This document shows positions 51,709 through 63,593 of a stretch of 64,000 nucleotides of DNA, in pieces (within the stretch, counting starts at the first letter, position 1; the number at the start of each line of letters is the position of its first letter). The notes beneath the pieces were generated by a model, which saw only the letters and a list, made by a program, of their open reading frames with translations, did not search any database and had not been told where the DNA came from. The stretch is from Bacillota bacterium (GTDB taxonomy: Bacteria > Bacillota > Clostridia > Lachnospirales > Lachnospiraceae). The stretch spans positions 24,922 through 88,921 of the forward strand of contig JAEZGK010000003.1 in the NCBI GenBank assembly GCA_023437365.1, written 5' to 3'. The position numbers were made by a program, and so were the translations under genes.

Positions 51709-53278
51709 AATCCTTTCTGGAGATAGCCCTGGTAGCATATAGAAAACAGACGCAAATGACGCATAACAGGAGACAGAAGGTCAGTAGAAATACTACTTCG
51801 TTCATGTGCGTCATTTTTTTGATATACTCATAGCTTACCTTTAGAAAATAACCTGCTATAGTAACGATAATAGCAGGTTTTACCATGCTATCTCCAAGGC
51901 TTATGGAAAGGTGAACATTTCTCAGTACGGCAAAGGTATCAAGTCCTGTGACAATCATCTGACCGATCAGAAGGGAGACCAGATATCCTTTGATTCCAAG
52001 TGACGGGATCAGGAAGGCAATCAAAATTATCTTGCATATTGAGCTGATGATGGAATTGATAAAAGTAATGTTGGCTTTTCCTAACCCGTTGATAATACTT
52101 CCTAAGGTGGTTGTCAGGTAAATTAACGGGCAGAGCCAAGCCAGGATAACCAGATAAGTACCGGATAATGTGTTATGAAATACAACATTACCGAGATCCT
52201 GACCAAAAAGGATGAATAACCCGGTACTGATGATACCGATGATCAGGCTGTATTTTATCGCAATTATGGAAGTCTTTTCAATCAGCCTCTCATTGTTCAT
52301 TGCCTGTGCCTCCGATACAGTCGGCAGTACAAGAACAGCTAAGGCATTGATCAGTGCTGTCGGAAACAGAATGAAGGGGATGGACATACCGTTGAGAATA
52401 CCGTAAATCACCAGAGAATCCTTAACACTTAAGCCGGATCTGCGGAGCATTGCGGGTATTAATATTGCTTCGATACTATGCAGGATACTGAGTAAAAGCC
52501 GGTTTGCGGACAACGGCACGCTTAAGTTTAGCAGGCTGCTCATAATGTGACGGAGACTGTCTTCTATGGCATTGGGATTCGTCATAGCAGCCTGAAGTTT
52601 ATCAGGAGAGGAAGTAACAGTGAGGGATACTGAATTATAGATACAGGAAGCAATTTCACCGACGACTAAACCTATGACAGCCAGTTCACAGGTTACCTTA
52701 CCATCGCCGTTGCCTGCATAGGTTGCAAGGATATAGACAAAAACGACACGGATGGCTTGTTCTAAAAGCTGTGTTACCGCAGGTACTCCAGCTTTCTTCA
52801 AACCATAATAATAACCATTGATGCAGGCAGTAATTCCACAGAAAGGAAAAGCAGCGGCAAGAATCCTAAGAGATTCTGCACTTCTTTTTTCAAGTAGAAA
52901 TCGCGTGGCAATCAAGTCTGCATTAGAATAGAGAAGGAAGGATAAAAGGACAGCCAGTGAGATAGACAGAAGCAGTCCCATGCGGAGTATTTTCCTGACA
53001 TTTCGTGTATTCCTCCGTCCAAGCTCTGCTGCAACCAGTCGGGAGATGGAGGTCTGAATTCCGGTTGCATAAATAGTAAAGCATATTCCATAGACCGGAA
53101 AGATCAGCTGGTAGATACCCAGCAGTTCTGCACCCATGGTATTGGACAGGAAGATACGATAGAAAAAGCCGATAAATCTTGTAATGAAGCCTGCAATCGT
53201 CAGAATGATGGTTCCTCTGAGAATATTGCTCCGTTTCATCTGTCTTGCCTGCCCGGTAGTCAGTTCTCTGTGTTTCAT
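51701..53278 (-). CDS. SpoVB-like polysaccharide flippase (MOP superfamily)
   Basis: RFIGFFYRIFLS...GIYQLIFP, many TM segments; start may be 53239. Confidence 0.85.
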   Translation of the reverse strand: MKHRELTTGQARQMKRSNILRGTIILTIAGFITRFIGFFYRIFLSNTMGAELLGIYQLIFPVYGICFTIYATGIQTSISRLVAAELGRRNTRNVRKILRMGLLLSISLAVLLSFLLYSNADLIATRFLLEKRSAESLRILAAAFPFCGITACINGYYYGLKKAGVPAVTQLLEQAIRVVFVYILATYAGNGDGKVTCELAVIGLVVGEIASCIYNSVSLTVTSSPDKLQAAMTNPNAIEDSLRHIMSSLLNLSVPLSANRLLLSILHSIEAILIPAMLRRSGLSVKDSLVIYGILNGMSIPFILFPTALINALAVLVLPTVSEAQAMNNERLIEKTSIIAIKYSLIIGIISTGLFILFGQDLGNVVFHNTLSGTYLVILAWLCPLIYLTTTLGSIINGLGKANITFINSIISSICKIILIAFLIPSLGIKGYLVSLLIGQMIVTGLDTFAVLRNVHLSISLGDSMVKPAIIVTIAGYFLKVSYEYIKKMTHMNEVVFLLTFCLLLCVICVCFLYATRAISRKDFR

Positions 53279-53438
53279 AGCCAGGTTCCTTCCCAGTGCC
53301 TTTCTATGTATATATATTTTGAAAGGAGTGAAGTTATGTTACAAGCATTCACAAAGGAGAACGATAAATTGAACTATTTGCATTGAAAGCTGTGATTACT
53401 ATCACAGAAATATATAGAGAAAAATGATATAAATATGA

Positions 53439-53537
53439 TTGACAAGAATAATACAAAGTGCTATGCTAATAACCGAGTAATTTAATAGGAATTAATTTAA
53501 TAGGAATTAATTTGATAGGAATTAAAACACTCGGTTT
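53439..53537 (+). promoter_or_regulatory. iscR promoter and Rrf2-type operator with 3 x 15-bp repeat
   Basis: TTGACA-17-TATGCT, then AACCGAG overlapping (TAATTT(A/G)ATAGGAAT)x3, closed by ACTCGGTT. Confidence 0.7.
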
Positions 53538-53624
53538 TGCTAACAATAGTAGAGTGCAATTAGTACATAGATAGAACGAGTAAATAAGTCATGATTTTCG
53601 TGACAATAAGATGAGGTGAAGGAC

Positions 53625-54095
53625 ATGAAGCTGTCTACCAAGGGTAGATATGGACTCAGAGCAGTACTGGATCTCGCGGTACATGCAGATGAGGAAGCAG
53701 TTGCTTTAAGCTCAATTGCGGAGCGTCAGCAGATATCAATGAACTATTTGGAGCAGTTGATCGCAAAGCTGAAAAAAGCCGGTATCGTAACAGGTATTCG
53801 GGGGGCACAGGGAGGTTATATGCTGACAAGACCTGCGCATGAAATATCTGTTGGTGAGATTCTGAGGGCATTGGAGGGAGACTTAAATCCGGTGGACTGT
53901 TCAGAGGTCAATAGCGACAGTATATGCAACCACTCCGATTCCTGTGTAACAAAATATGTCTGGAAGCGTATTAGTGATAGTATAAATGAGGCTGTAGATG
54001 GGATAAAGCTTTCAGAACTGGTAAATGAAAGTAAAAAAGTACAGACGGGAACAAACGCCACAGATACGAAAGCAAAACAGTCATGTGGTAAATAG
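53625..54095 (+). CDS. iscR: Rrf2-family regulator (IscR-like)
   Basis: MKLSTKGRYGLRA, RGAQGGY, three Cys (C..C..C). Confidence 0.9.
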   Translation: MKLSTKGRYGLRAVLDLAVHADEEAVALSSIAERQQISMNYLEQLIAKLKKAGIVTGIRGAQGGYMLTRPAHEISVGEILRALEGDLNPVDCSEVNSDSICNHSDSCVTKYVWKRISDSINEAVDGIKLSELVNESKKVQTGTNATDTKAKQSCGK

Positions 54096-54114
54096 AATAT
54101 TAGGAGATGACAAC

Positions 54115-55293
54115 ATGGAAAAGAAGATATATTTAGACAATGCTGCTACCACCAAGACCAGACCCGAAGTAGTGGAAGCTATGCTTCCGTACTTTTATGA
54201 GTTATACGGAAACCCCTCCAGTGTGTATGAATTTGCCACTCAAAATAAAAAAGCGGTAGATGAAGCCAGAGGTACAATCGCAAAAGTACTTGGTGCGGAG
54301 AATAATGAGATCTATTTTACCGGCAGCGGTACTGAGGCTGACAATTGGGCTTTGAAGGCAGTCATCGACGCCTATGCCTCGAAGGGTAATCATATCATTA
54401 CATCAAAAATCGAGCATCATGCGATTTTGCATTCCTGTGAATATCTTGCAAAGCACGGTGCTGAAGTAACCTATGTGGATGTGGATGAAAACGGTATCAT
54501 TAAGCTGGATCAGCTGGAGAAAGCAATCCGCCCGACCACCGTACTGATATCGGTTATGTTTGCGAATAATGAGATTGGTACAATCCAGCCGATTAAGGAA
54601 ATCGGTGCAATTGCAAAAAAGCATAATATCTTATTCCATACGGATGCAGTACAAGCCTTTTGTCAGCTTCCTATGGATGTCAACGAGCTGAATATTGACA
54701 TGCTGAGTGCCAGCGCACACAAGCTGAACGGACCGAAGGGAATTGGCTTCCTTTATATCAGAAAAGGTGTGAAGATCCGTTCCTTTATTCATGGCGGTGC
54801 GCAGGAACGGCAGAGACGTGCAGGTACAGAGAATGTGCCGGGTATTGTTGGTTTTGGAAAGGCTGTAGAGATTGCCCAGGCCACGATGGCAGAACGCACC
54901 GAGAGAGAAAAAAAGCTACGTGATATGTTGATGAAGCGTGTGCTGGAAGAAATCCCGTTTGTACGTGTGAACGGGGATAAGATAAGAAGATTACCGAACA
55001 ATGCCAACTTTAGTTTTCAGTTCATTGAAGGAGAATCACTTTTAATCATGCTGGATATGAATAATATCTGTGGCTCCAGCGGTTCTGCCTGCACTTCAGG
55101 GTCCCTAGATCCTTCTCATGTATTGTTGGCCATCGGTCTGCCTCACGAGATTGCACATGGTTCCTTAAGACTCACCTTAAATGATGAGATCACAGAAGAG
55201 GAAATCAATTACACAGTTGACAGAATTAAAGAGATAGTTGAGAAGCTTAGGAAGATGTCACCGCTATATGAGGACTTCATGAAAAAAGTGTGA
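54115..55293 (+). CDS. iscS: Cysteine desulfurase
   Basis: YLDNAATT, SAHKLNGPKG, SSGSACTS. Confidence 0.96.
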   Translation: MEKKIYLDNAATTKTRPEVVEAMLPYFYELYGNPSSVYEFATQNKKAVDEARGTIAKVLGAENNEIYFTGSGTEADNWALKAVIDAYASKGNHIITSKIEHHAILHSCEYLAKHGAEVTYVDVDENGIIKLDQLEKAIRPTTVLISVMFANNEIGTIQPIKEIGAIAKKHNILFHTDAVQAFCQLPMDVNELNIDMLSASAHKLNGPKGIGFLYIRKGVKIRSFIHGGAQERQRRAGTENVPGIVGFGKAVEIAQATMAERTEREKKLRDMLMKRVLEEIPFVRVNGDKIRRLPNNANFSFQFIEGESLLIMLDMNNICGSSGSACTSGSLDPSHVLLAIGLPHEIAHGSLRLTLNDEITEEEINYTVDRIKEIVEKLRKMSPLYEDFMKKV

Positions 55294-55389
55294 AGATAAA
55301 GCATCTTCACACTATGGAAGAACTGCGAATGCTCGCAACGTGAATTAATAATGCATAAATTCAGACTTATGGTGCTCGTTTCTTGTTCT
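55286..55389. repeat. Second copy of the dispersed palindromic repeat
   Basis: Near-identical to 28704-28806; overlaps the iscS stop codon. Confidence 0.92.
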
Positions 55390-55457
55390 GAAGTGGAAGC
55401 CAATATGTTACAAGAGAGTAGCGAATAGTTAAATTACGTATAAATGGAGGAAAGCAT

Positions 55458-55895
55458 ATGTATACAGAGAAAGTTATGGATCATTTCACCAACCCCAGGA
55501 ATGTGGGCGAAATAGAGAATGCAAGTGGTGTCGGCACAGTTGGTAATGCAAAGTGTGGAGATATCATGCGTATTTATCTTGATATCGATGAGAGTGGTAT
55601 CATTAATGATGTTAAATTCAAGACCTTTGGCTGCGGTGCCGCAGTTGCAACCAGCAGTATGGCAACAGAACTTGTCAAGGGAAAATCAGTGAATGAAGCC
55701 TTGCAGATAACCAATAAGGCGGTCATGGAGGCATTGGATGGTCTGCCGCCTGTGAAGGTACATTGTTCCCTGCTTGCTGAAGAAGCAATCCATGCTGCTC
55801 TTTGGGATTATGCTGAGAAGAAGGGTATTGTAATTGAAGGCTTGGAGAAACCGAAGTCAGATATCCATGAAGATGAAGAGGCAACCGAGTATTAG
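55458..55895 (+). CDS. iscU: Fe-S scaffold protein
   Basis: HFTNPRN, KCGD, TFGC, LPPVKVHCS. Confidence 0.96.
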   Translation: MYTEKVMDHFTNPRNVGEIENASGVGTVGNAKCGDIMRIYLDIDESGIINDVKFKTFGCGAAVATSSMATELVKGKSVNEALQITNKAVMEALDGLPPVKVHCSLLAEEAIHAALWDYAEKKGIVIEGLEKPKSDIHEDEEATEY

Positions 55896-56078
55896 AACTC
55901 GGAACGAGTATTAACAATCGGCTTAAGTATTAAAACCAGGCCAGAATGGTAGAATTCGGACCTTTTATTAAAACTCGGGCCGTATATTATTTTATTCTGA
56001 CGCTTCGGAAGGACTTTGGTTCTTACTTTCCAAGAAGGTGATCAGAAGCCTCGCAATATTGTAAATTTGGAGGATCGC

Positions 56079-57200
56079 ATGGAGAAAGTTGTCGTAGGCA
56101 TGTCGGGAGGAGTAGACTCCTCTGTAGCGGCATACCTTTTGAAAAAACAGGGATATGATGTAATCGGTGTAACCATGCAGATTTGGCAGGATGAGGATGT
56201 CTGTTCCATGGAGGAGAATGGTGGTTGCTGCGGTTTAAGTGCTGTAGAAGACGCCAGAAGAGTTGCCTCTGCTCTTGATATTCCGTACTATGTGATGAAC
56301 TTCAAGAGGGAATTCAGGGAGAATGTAATCGATTACTTTGTAGAAGAATATCTACAGGCTAGGACGCCGAATCCCTGTATCGCCTGCAACCGATATGTGA
56401 AGTGGGAAGCACTGCTGAAAAGATCCCTGGATATCGGAGCGTCCTATATTGCTACGGGACATTATGCCGGAATTGAAAGGCTGCCGAACGGAAGATACTC
56501 CATTAAAAAGTCCGTAACCAGGGCTAAGGACCAGACCTACGCGTTGTATAACCTAACGCAACATCAGCTGGCACATACCTTAATGCCGGTCGGTGCATAT
56601 TCAAAGGAGGAGGTCCGTGAGCTTGCCAGAGAGCTGAAGCTTCCTGTGGCGAATAAGCCCGACAGCCAGGAAATCTGCTTTGTTCCCGATAAGGATTATG
56701 CAGGCTTTATCACCGGATACCTGCAGGAAAAGGAACGGACCAAGGATGAGCATCAGTCTGTTGAGAAGAGCTTATATGGTTTGATGCCGGGTAATTATGT
56801 GAATACTGCCGGCGAAATACTTGGAAGACATCGCGGACTGATCCACTATACGGTAGGACAGCGGAAGGGTCTTGGGATAGCGATGGGACAACCTGTATTT
56901 GTAGTTGAGCTGCGACCTGAGACCAATGAAGTTGTACTGGGAACGGGAAATGAAGTCTTCACGGATCGATTAACCGCCAATCACATAAATTTTATGGCAA
57001 TTGAGGATCTTGACGGTGAGCTTTCCGTGGAAGCGAAAATCAGATACAGCCACCAGGGTGCCCGTTGCCTTATTAGAAGAACAGGTCAGGATGAGATTGT
57101 ATGTACCTTTGAGGAACCCCAGCGTGCCATTACCCCCGGACAGGCAGTTGTTTTCTACCAGGGTGATTATGTAGTCGGCGGAGGAACCATCCTGAAGTAA
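56079..57200 (+). CDS. mnmA: tRNA 2-thiouridine synthase
   Basis: MSGGVDS, TPNPC, ATGHY, DSQEICF, TPGQ. Confidence 0.97.
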   Translation: MEKVVVGMSGGVDSSVAAYLLKKQGYDVIGVTMQIWQDEDVCSMEENGGCCGLSAVEDARRVASALDIPYYVMNFKREFRENVIDYFVEEYLQARTPNPCIACNRYVKWEALLKRSLDIGASYIATGHYAGIERLPNGRYSIKKSVTRAKDQTYALYNLTQHQLAHTLMPVGAYSKEEVRELARELKLPVANKPDSQEICFVPDKDYAGFITGYLQEKERTKDEHQSVEKSLYGLMPGNYVNTAGEILGRHRGLIHYTVGQRKGLGIAMGQPVFVVELRPETNEVVLGTGNEVFTDRLTANHINFMAIEDLDGELSVEAKIRYSHQGARCLIRRTGQDEIVCTFEEPQRAITPGQAVVFYQGDYVVGGGTILK

Positions 57201-57334
57201 TGCTTCTTCCTTATAACATTAGAGGATCAGTATATTATTATAGATAGAAAACCAATTGAAAAAGCTTCTTTAATAAAGGCGTATCGCAGAAAACTTTACA
57301 GTTATGTACGATACGCCTTTTATTTATGATTGTT

Positions 57335-58153
57335 TTACAATTTTTCGTATATCGGCACGCCATTTCGGAAGGTGGCATAATATTTGAAGCCTAAGCTCTT
57401 TAGATAGTCCGGTATCAGTTGAAAATCATAACCAAGATGTTCCGGCTTGTGTGCATCCGAACCAATGGTTATCAGCTCACCGCCAAGCTCAAGGTAGCGC
57501 TTCAGCACTGTTGCCTTCGGATGGGCATAACCCAATCCGAATTTTAAGCCTGCGGTATTGACCTCAATCCCCTTTTGGTATTCCAGGATGGTACGAAGAG
57601 CCTCATCGAGCAGCTCCTGATATTCCTCATAGAAGTAGTCTGCCTTTTTTCCGTCAGCAGTGGGAGCATAACGAATGATATAATCCAGATGCCCATAGAC
57701 ATGGAAGAAATCATGCAAGCTTCTGCAATTATCAGTAATCGTCCGGAAATAATCCCTGATTCCTTCTTCTTTGGTCCGGCTTTCCCAATATTGAGGGAAG
57801 TAGGGGTCTTCATAATCCACCACATGAGTAGACCCCAGGACAAAATCAAAGGAATACTCCTTCATCAGCTTCTGAAAATATTCTGTAAGCTGGGGCTGTA
57901 ATCCGAGTTCTATTCCTGTTAGCACCTCAATTTTGTTCTGATATTGTTCCTTCAGCAACTGAAGCTTTTTAACATAGGGCTCAGGATCGAATACGAAGCG
58001 GATATCCCCTTTATGAGAATAGTCATAATCCATATGATCTGTAAAGCAAATCTTCTTTAAGCCTAGCTCGATAGCTCTTTCAATCATAACCTCCATCGGG
58101 GCTTTGGAATCCCCTGAGAAATCAGAATGTACATGATAGTCACCGATTATCAT
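57335..58153 (-). CDS. PHP-family histidinol-phosphatase (HisJ/HisK-like)
   Basis: DYHVHS, FTDH, GHLD, GSDAH. Confidence 0.88.
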   Translation of the reverse strand: MIIGDYHVHSDFSGDSKAPMEVMIERAIELGLKKICFTDHMDYDYSHKGDIRFVFDPEPYVKKLQLLKEQYQNKIEVLTGIELGLQPQLTEYFQKLMKEYSFDFVLGSTHVVDYEDPYFPQYWESRTKEEGIRDYFRTITDNCRSLHDFFHVYGHLDYIIRYAPTADGKKADYFYEEYQELLDEALRTILEYQKGIEVNTAGLKFGLGYAHPKATVLKRYLELGGELITIGSDAHKPEHLGYDFQLIPDYLKSLGFKYYATFRNGVPIYEKL

Positions 58154-58191
58154 AAATTGCTCTCCTTATCCTGTATTGTGTTAGTAAAGAA

Positions 58192-59964
58192 CTACTCTAC
58201 CTGTATAATTCCTGAGATATCCGTGGGTGATACCAGGGAATAGTTAGTATAGTATACCACAAAGCCCGGCTTACCTCCGGCAGGCTTTTTTACATTCTTT
58301 TTCAAGGTATAATCTATTTCTACCTTGTCTGCGCCTCTTCCTCCGGAATAGTAAGCAGCCAGTCTGGCGGCTTCTTCATAGGTGCGGTCAGGGAGTTCTG
58401 CTCCACCACATTTTACTATGACATGGGAGCCGGCAATCTTCTTGGCATGAAACCACCAATCGCCTCCCTCTGCGAACTGGAAGGTAAGCTCGTCATTCTG
58501 AAAATTATTCTTACCGACATACATATGATATCCGTCAGAGGAGATATAATGGAAAGGCTTGCTCTTCGAAGCTGTTTTTTTGGCTGCGGCCTTTTTCTCC
58601 AGTTTTTTGCTGCCGCTGGTAAAACGTCTTCTGATATAACCGTATTCTGTCAGCTCCTGCTTCAGTGCAGCCAAATCTGCTTCCTCCAGAGCAATATCCA
58701 GAGCTGTCCGGATGGATTCGAGATGCTCCATTTCCTCCTTGGTCTCAGCCAGCTGTGTAGTGAGTGCATCATAAGTACGTTTCAACTTACTATACTTTTC
58801 GAAATACTGCTTCGCATTCTCCATCGGAGAGATGGTCGGATCTAAAGGAATGCTGATTTCGTTATTATCATAATAATTCAGAGCCTTCAGAACCTTCGCA
58901 CCGGGTTCAAGCTCATATCCGTAAGCTGTAATCAATTCACCGTATACCTTGAACTTATCCCGTTTCTCTGTATCCTGAAGCTGCTTTGATTGCAGATCAT
59001 ATTTTTTAGCGGCACGATCTATTGCATTGGATACGATCTTTCTCAAATCGGCTGATTTCTGACGAATTCTGGCAGCTGAGTTTTTGGAAGCATAGAAGGC
59101 TTCTAAGAGAGCAGAGATACTTTCAAAGGTCTGCACCTCATGATCCTTATAGCAGGTTAGAGGAATACTGGAGAACTCCACCGGAACCCCGTCCCTCGAT
59201 ACGATATTTGGATGGAAGGCGGCACTTTTCACATCTTCAATCAGCCTTTCAAAGGTCTTGTATACATGCAATCCGATATCCTCGCTGAAGGATTCGGGAT
59301 AATCTCCGGCATCAACAGTAGCCCTGCAGCAGATTTCATTGGCAATCAACGGGCTGATACCGGTCAGGCCGCTGTATAAGGCTTTTCCAATGGGCATGGA
59401 TTTCTTTAATACCGAGGCTTGGAACTCTTCATAAGTGATGATTAGCGGATCGAGCTTATCCGAAGTCTGTGGGATGAAGTAGTTCCTCCCCGGGAGTACT
59501 TCACGAACCGAACTGACAAACTGATTGATCCTTTTGATGCTGTCAAGGATGACCATGTTGTCATCACAGAAGATAATATTGCTGTGCTTTCCCATTAATT
59601 CGAGGATCAGATATTTGATACAGAGATCACCCATTTCGTTTAAGTGCTCCAGTTTAAAGTTAACGATTCGCTCCAGGCCAGGCTGGGAAATATCAAGTAT
59701 CCTGGCACCGTTGATGTGTTTGCGAAGCAGCATACAGAAATTAGGTGCCGTCATTGGACTGGGCTTTGTATTATCAGTAAGATAAATCAAAGGAAGTCCG
59801 GCACCGGCTGAAAGCAGCAGCTTATATTGTTCCTTTTCCTGTCCTTTGATGGTGAGAATCAGCTCATCCTTCTCCGGCTGAGCTATTTTGTTAATTCTAC
59901 CGTTCAGCAAGACAGAACGGAGTTCCTGTATGATATTAGCGATTACGATTCCGTCAAAAGCCAT
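58192..59964 (-). CDS. rqcH: Ribosome quality control RqcH/FbpA (NFACT) protein
   Basis: MAFDG, ELMGKHSNII, GKNNFQND, WFHA..GSHV. Confidence 0.93.
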   Translation of the reverse strand: MAFDGIVIANIIQELRSVLLNGRINKIAQPEKDELILTIKGQEKEQYKLLLSAGAGLPLIYLTDNTKPSPMTAPNFCMLLRKHINGARILDISQPGLERIVNFKLEHLNEMGDLCIKYLILELMGKHSNIIFCDDNMVILDSIKRINQFVSSVREVLPGRNYFIPQTSDKLDPLIITYEEFQASVLKKSMPIGKALYSGLTGISPLIANEICCRATVDAGDYPESFSEDIGLHVYKTFERLIEDVKSAAFHPNIVSRDGVPVEFSSIPLTCYKDHEVQTFESISALLEAFYASKNSAARIRQKSADLRKIVSNAIDRAAKKYDLQSKQLQDTEKRDKFKVYGELITAYGYELEPGAKVLKALNYYDNNEISIPLDPTISPMENAKQYFEKYSKLKRTYDALTTQLAETKEEMEHLESIRTALDIALEEADLAALKQELTEYGYIRRRFTSGSKKLEKKAAAKKTASKSKPFHYISSDGYHMYVGKNNFQNDELTFQFAEGGDWWFHAKKIAGSHVIVKCGGAELPDRTYEEAARLAAYYSGGRGADKVEIDYTLKKNVKKPAGGKPGFVVYYTNYSLVSPTDISGIIQVE

Positions 59965-60270
59965 GATATATAAAATCTCCTTTGTTCCACATTTGATCTA
60001 AGGGGTGATCTGATAGGATACCGTCTGAAAAGCAGTATATTCTATGCTGTCATTCGGGGACAGGTATGATTTCCTGTTATAATCTAGAATTATAACATAA
60101 GGATAGAGAAATGAATACTTTTTTCTGGGCATAAGCGTTACAGAATTTGATCAATAAGTTATTTCAATGCGAAGGGCATAAATCTTATCATAAACCTGTT
60201 AATATAACCTAAGGATATGAGAGTTATGCAAAAATACTATATCTGAGTAAAAAAATTCGCAAAAAATCTA

Positions 60271-60351
60271 TTGAATTAAAGCGGAAAAGTGGATATAATG
60301 GAAAAAGCAAATTCAAAGACGCATTTGTTTATTTTTATGCGTCTTTTTTTT
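60271..60351 (+). promoter_or_regulatory. gdhA promoter and leader terminator (attenuator)
   Basis: TTGAAT-17-TATAAT followed by AAGACGCAT..ATGCGTC-T8 before the RBS. Confidence 0.7.
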
Positions 60352-60374
60352 GTATTTTAATCAAAGGAGATTAA

Positions 60375-61715
<1,341 letters not shown>

Positions 61716-61979
61716 GATATAGATTAATAATAAAATTATTAAAGGTAAGCTGGTATAAAATTTTCCGCCTTAGTACGCTGGTGGAGATTTTATACCGGCT
61801 TTTTTGATTCTGTTTCTCCATAATATCTACACAAACGGTTGATAGAATATAAGAAAACAGTGTGAGAATAATTCTGAAAGGGCCGGAATTATCTTGAAAT
61901 TTGAAACCACCAAATTTCTCTCGATAAAATCTTCACACAGAAAGAAGAGACAGTCTCACGCATAGAAGGGAGAACACAG

Positions 61980-63506
61980 ATGTCTTCAATTAAAACAATA
62001 ACACTATCGGTAAATAATATGACTTGTGTTCATTGCGAGAATATGATTGAGAAGGAATTATCTAAGGCGGATGGCGTTCTGGGGGTGGAGGCCAGCTATT
62101 CCAAGGGAAAAGTAAAAATCACCTATGAAGAAGCATTTATTCACCCGGAAGAGATGCTGCTTTTATTGGAAGAACATGATTACCATGCTGAGATTTATAG
62201 CGGACAAGATAAAGGAAATGAGAAAATCAATCCGCAGGAAAGAAATTCTCAGGATAGAACAATAAGATTGAATCGTAAGAATTCGAATACAGAGCAGAAG
62301 AATAATAATTTGGCTAACATGACTGCAATTGTAATCATCTTATTTGCCGTATATCTGATTGCCAATCATTTTGGTGCCTTCAATATCATCAGAAATTTCC
62401 CGGTAGCAAAGGCAGGTATGGGATATGGGATGTTGCTCCTGATCGGTATTCTGACCTCAGTCCATTGCGTAGCCATGTGCGGGGGCATCTGCCTTACCCA
62501 GACTGTATCTGCGAAGAATATCGGTACCGAGAAGGCAAATAGATTTATGACAGTTCGCCCCAGCCTTTTATATAATCTGGGTAGAGTGATTTCTTATACA
62601 GTCATCGGAGGTATCGTTGGTGCACTCGGTTCCGTAGTCAGCTTCTCCGGACCTATGAAGGGTGCAGTACAGCTTCTGGCAGGGAGCTTTATGATCATCA
62701 TGGGCTTGAACCTGCTAAATATCTTCCCTTGGCTGCGCAGACTGAATCCGAGGATGCCGAAATTCGTAGTAAAGAAATTAAATCCGTTGCGCAGTCGCAG
62801 CAACAGCCCGCTTTATATCGGTCTGCTGAACGGATTGATGCCCTGCGGACCCCTGCAGGCCATGCAGCTATATGCATTATCCACGGGAAGTCCTGTCAAG
62901 GGAGCGATCTCTATGTTCCTCTTCAGCATCGGAACTGTGCCGTTACTATTTTTATTCGGAGCACTGGGTTCCCTTCTGAATAGAAAATATACCAAAAGGA
63001 TGATGACGGTCAGTGCTGTTCTGGTCGTATTCCTCGGAGTATTCATGCTCCGGAACGGCCTGGGGATTACCGGCTTTTCTGTTCCTACCATACCCATCTT
63101 TGCAGGTCAGGCCGATACTAAAGAAGAAAATATTGCGAAACTTGAGAGTGGTGTTCAGGTAGTTACCACGGGATTGGAATCAGGAAGCTACGAACCGATT
63201 ATTGTACAAAAGGGTGTCCCGGTAAAGTGGATCATTCAAGCGCAGGACGGTGATATCAACGGTTGTAACAATAGTATTATCATTCCGATGCTAAAACTTC
63301 AGAGGGACCTTGCGGTAGGTGATAATGTGATTGAATTCACGCCGGAGGAGAGCGGAACGATTCCTTTCAGCTGCTGGATGGGAATGATCCGAAGTAAGAT
63401 TACAGTAGTAGATGATATAAACCGTATTGACAGTAGTACCATAGCAGACAGTAGTTCTTCTGCAGGCTTGGGTGGCGGCTTTGCAGGAGATTCCTGTTGT
63501 CAGTAA
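61980..63506 (+). CDS. HMA + DsbD_2/TauE-like TM + cupredoxin-like protein
   Basis: MTCVHC, SVHCVAMCGG, GLMPCG, FSCWMGM. Confidence 0.88.
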   Translation: MSSIKTITLSVNNMTCVHCENMIEKELSKADGVLGVEASYSKGKVKITYEEAFIHPEEMLLLLEEHDYHAEIYSGQDKGNEKINPQERNSQDRTIRLNRKNSNTEQKNNNLANMTAIVIILFAVYLIANHFGAFNIIRNFPVAKAGMGYGMLLLIGILTSVHCVAMCGGICLTQTVSAKNIGTEKANRFMTVRPSLLYNLGRVISYTVIGGIVGALGSVVSFSGPMKGAVQLLAGSFMIIMGLNLLNIFPWLRRLNPRMPKFVVKKLNPLRSRSNSPLYIGLLNGLMPCGPLQAMQLYALSTGSPVKGAISMFLFSIGTVPLLFLFGALGSLLNRKYTKRMMTVSAVLVVFLGVFMLRNGLGITGFSVPTIPIFAGQADTKEENIAKLESGVQVVTTGLESGSYEPIIVQKGVPVKWIIQAQDGDINGCNNSIIIPMLKLQRDLAVGDNVIEFTPEESGTIPFSCWMGMIRSKITVVDDINRIDSSTIADSSSSAGLGGGFAGDSCCQ

Positions 63507-63593
63507 TAGGAAGGACTATGATGCAAAGTTCTAATAAACAAAATCAGCGATATCAATACTATGAAAACAGGAGAACAGAAAGGAAAAACAATC

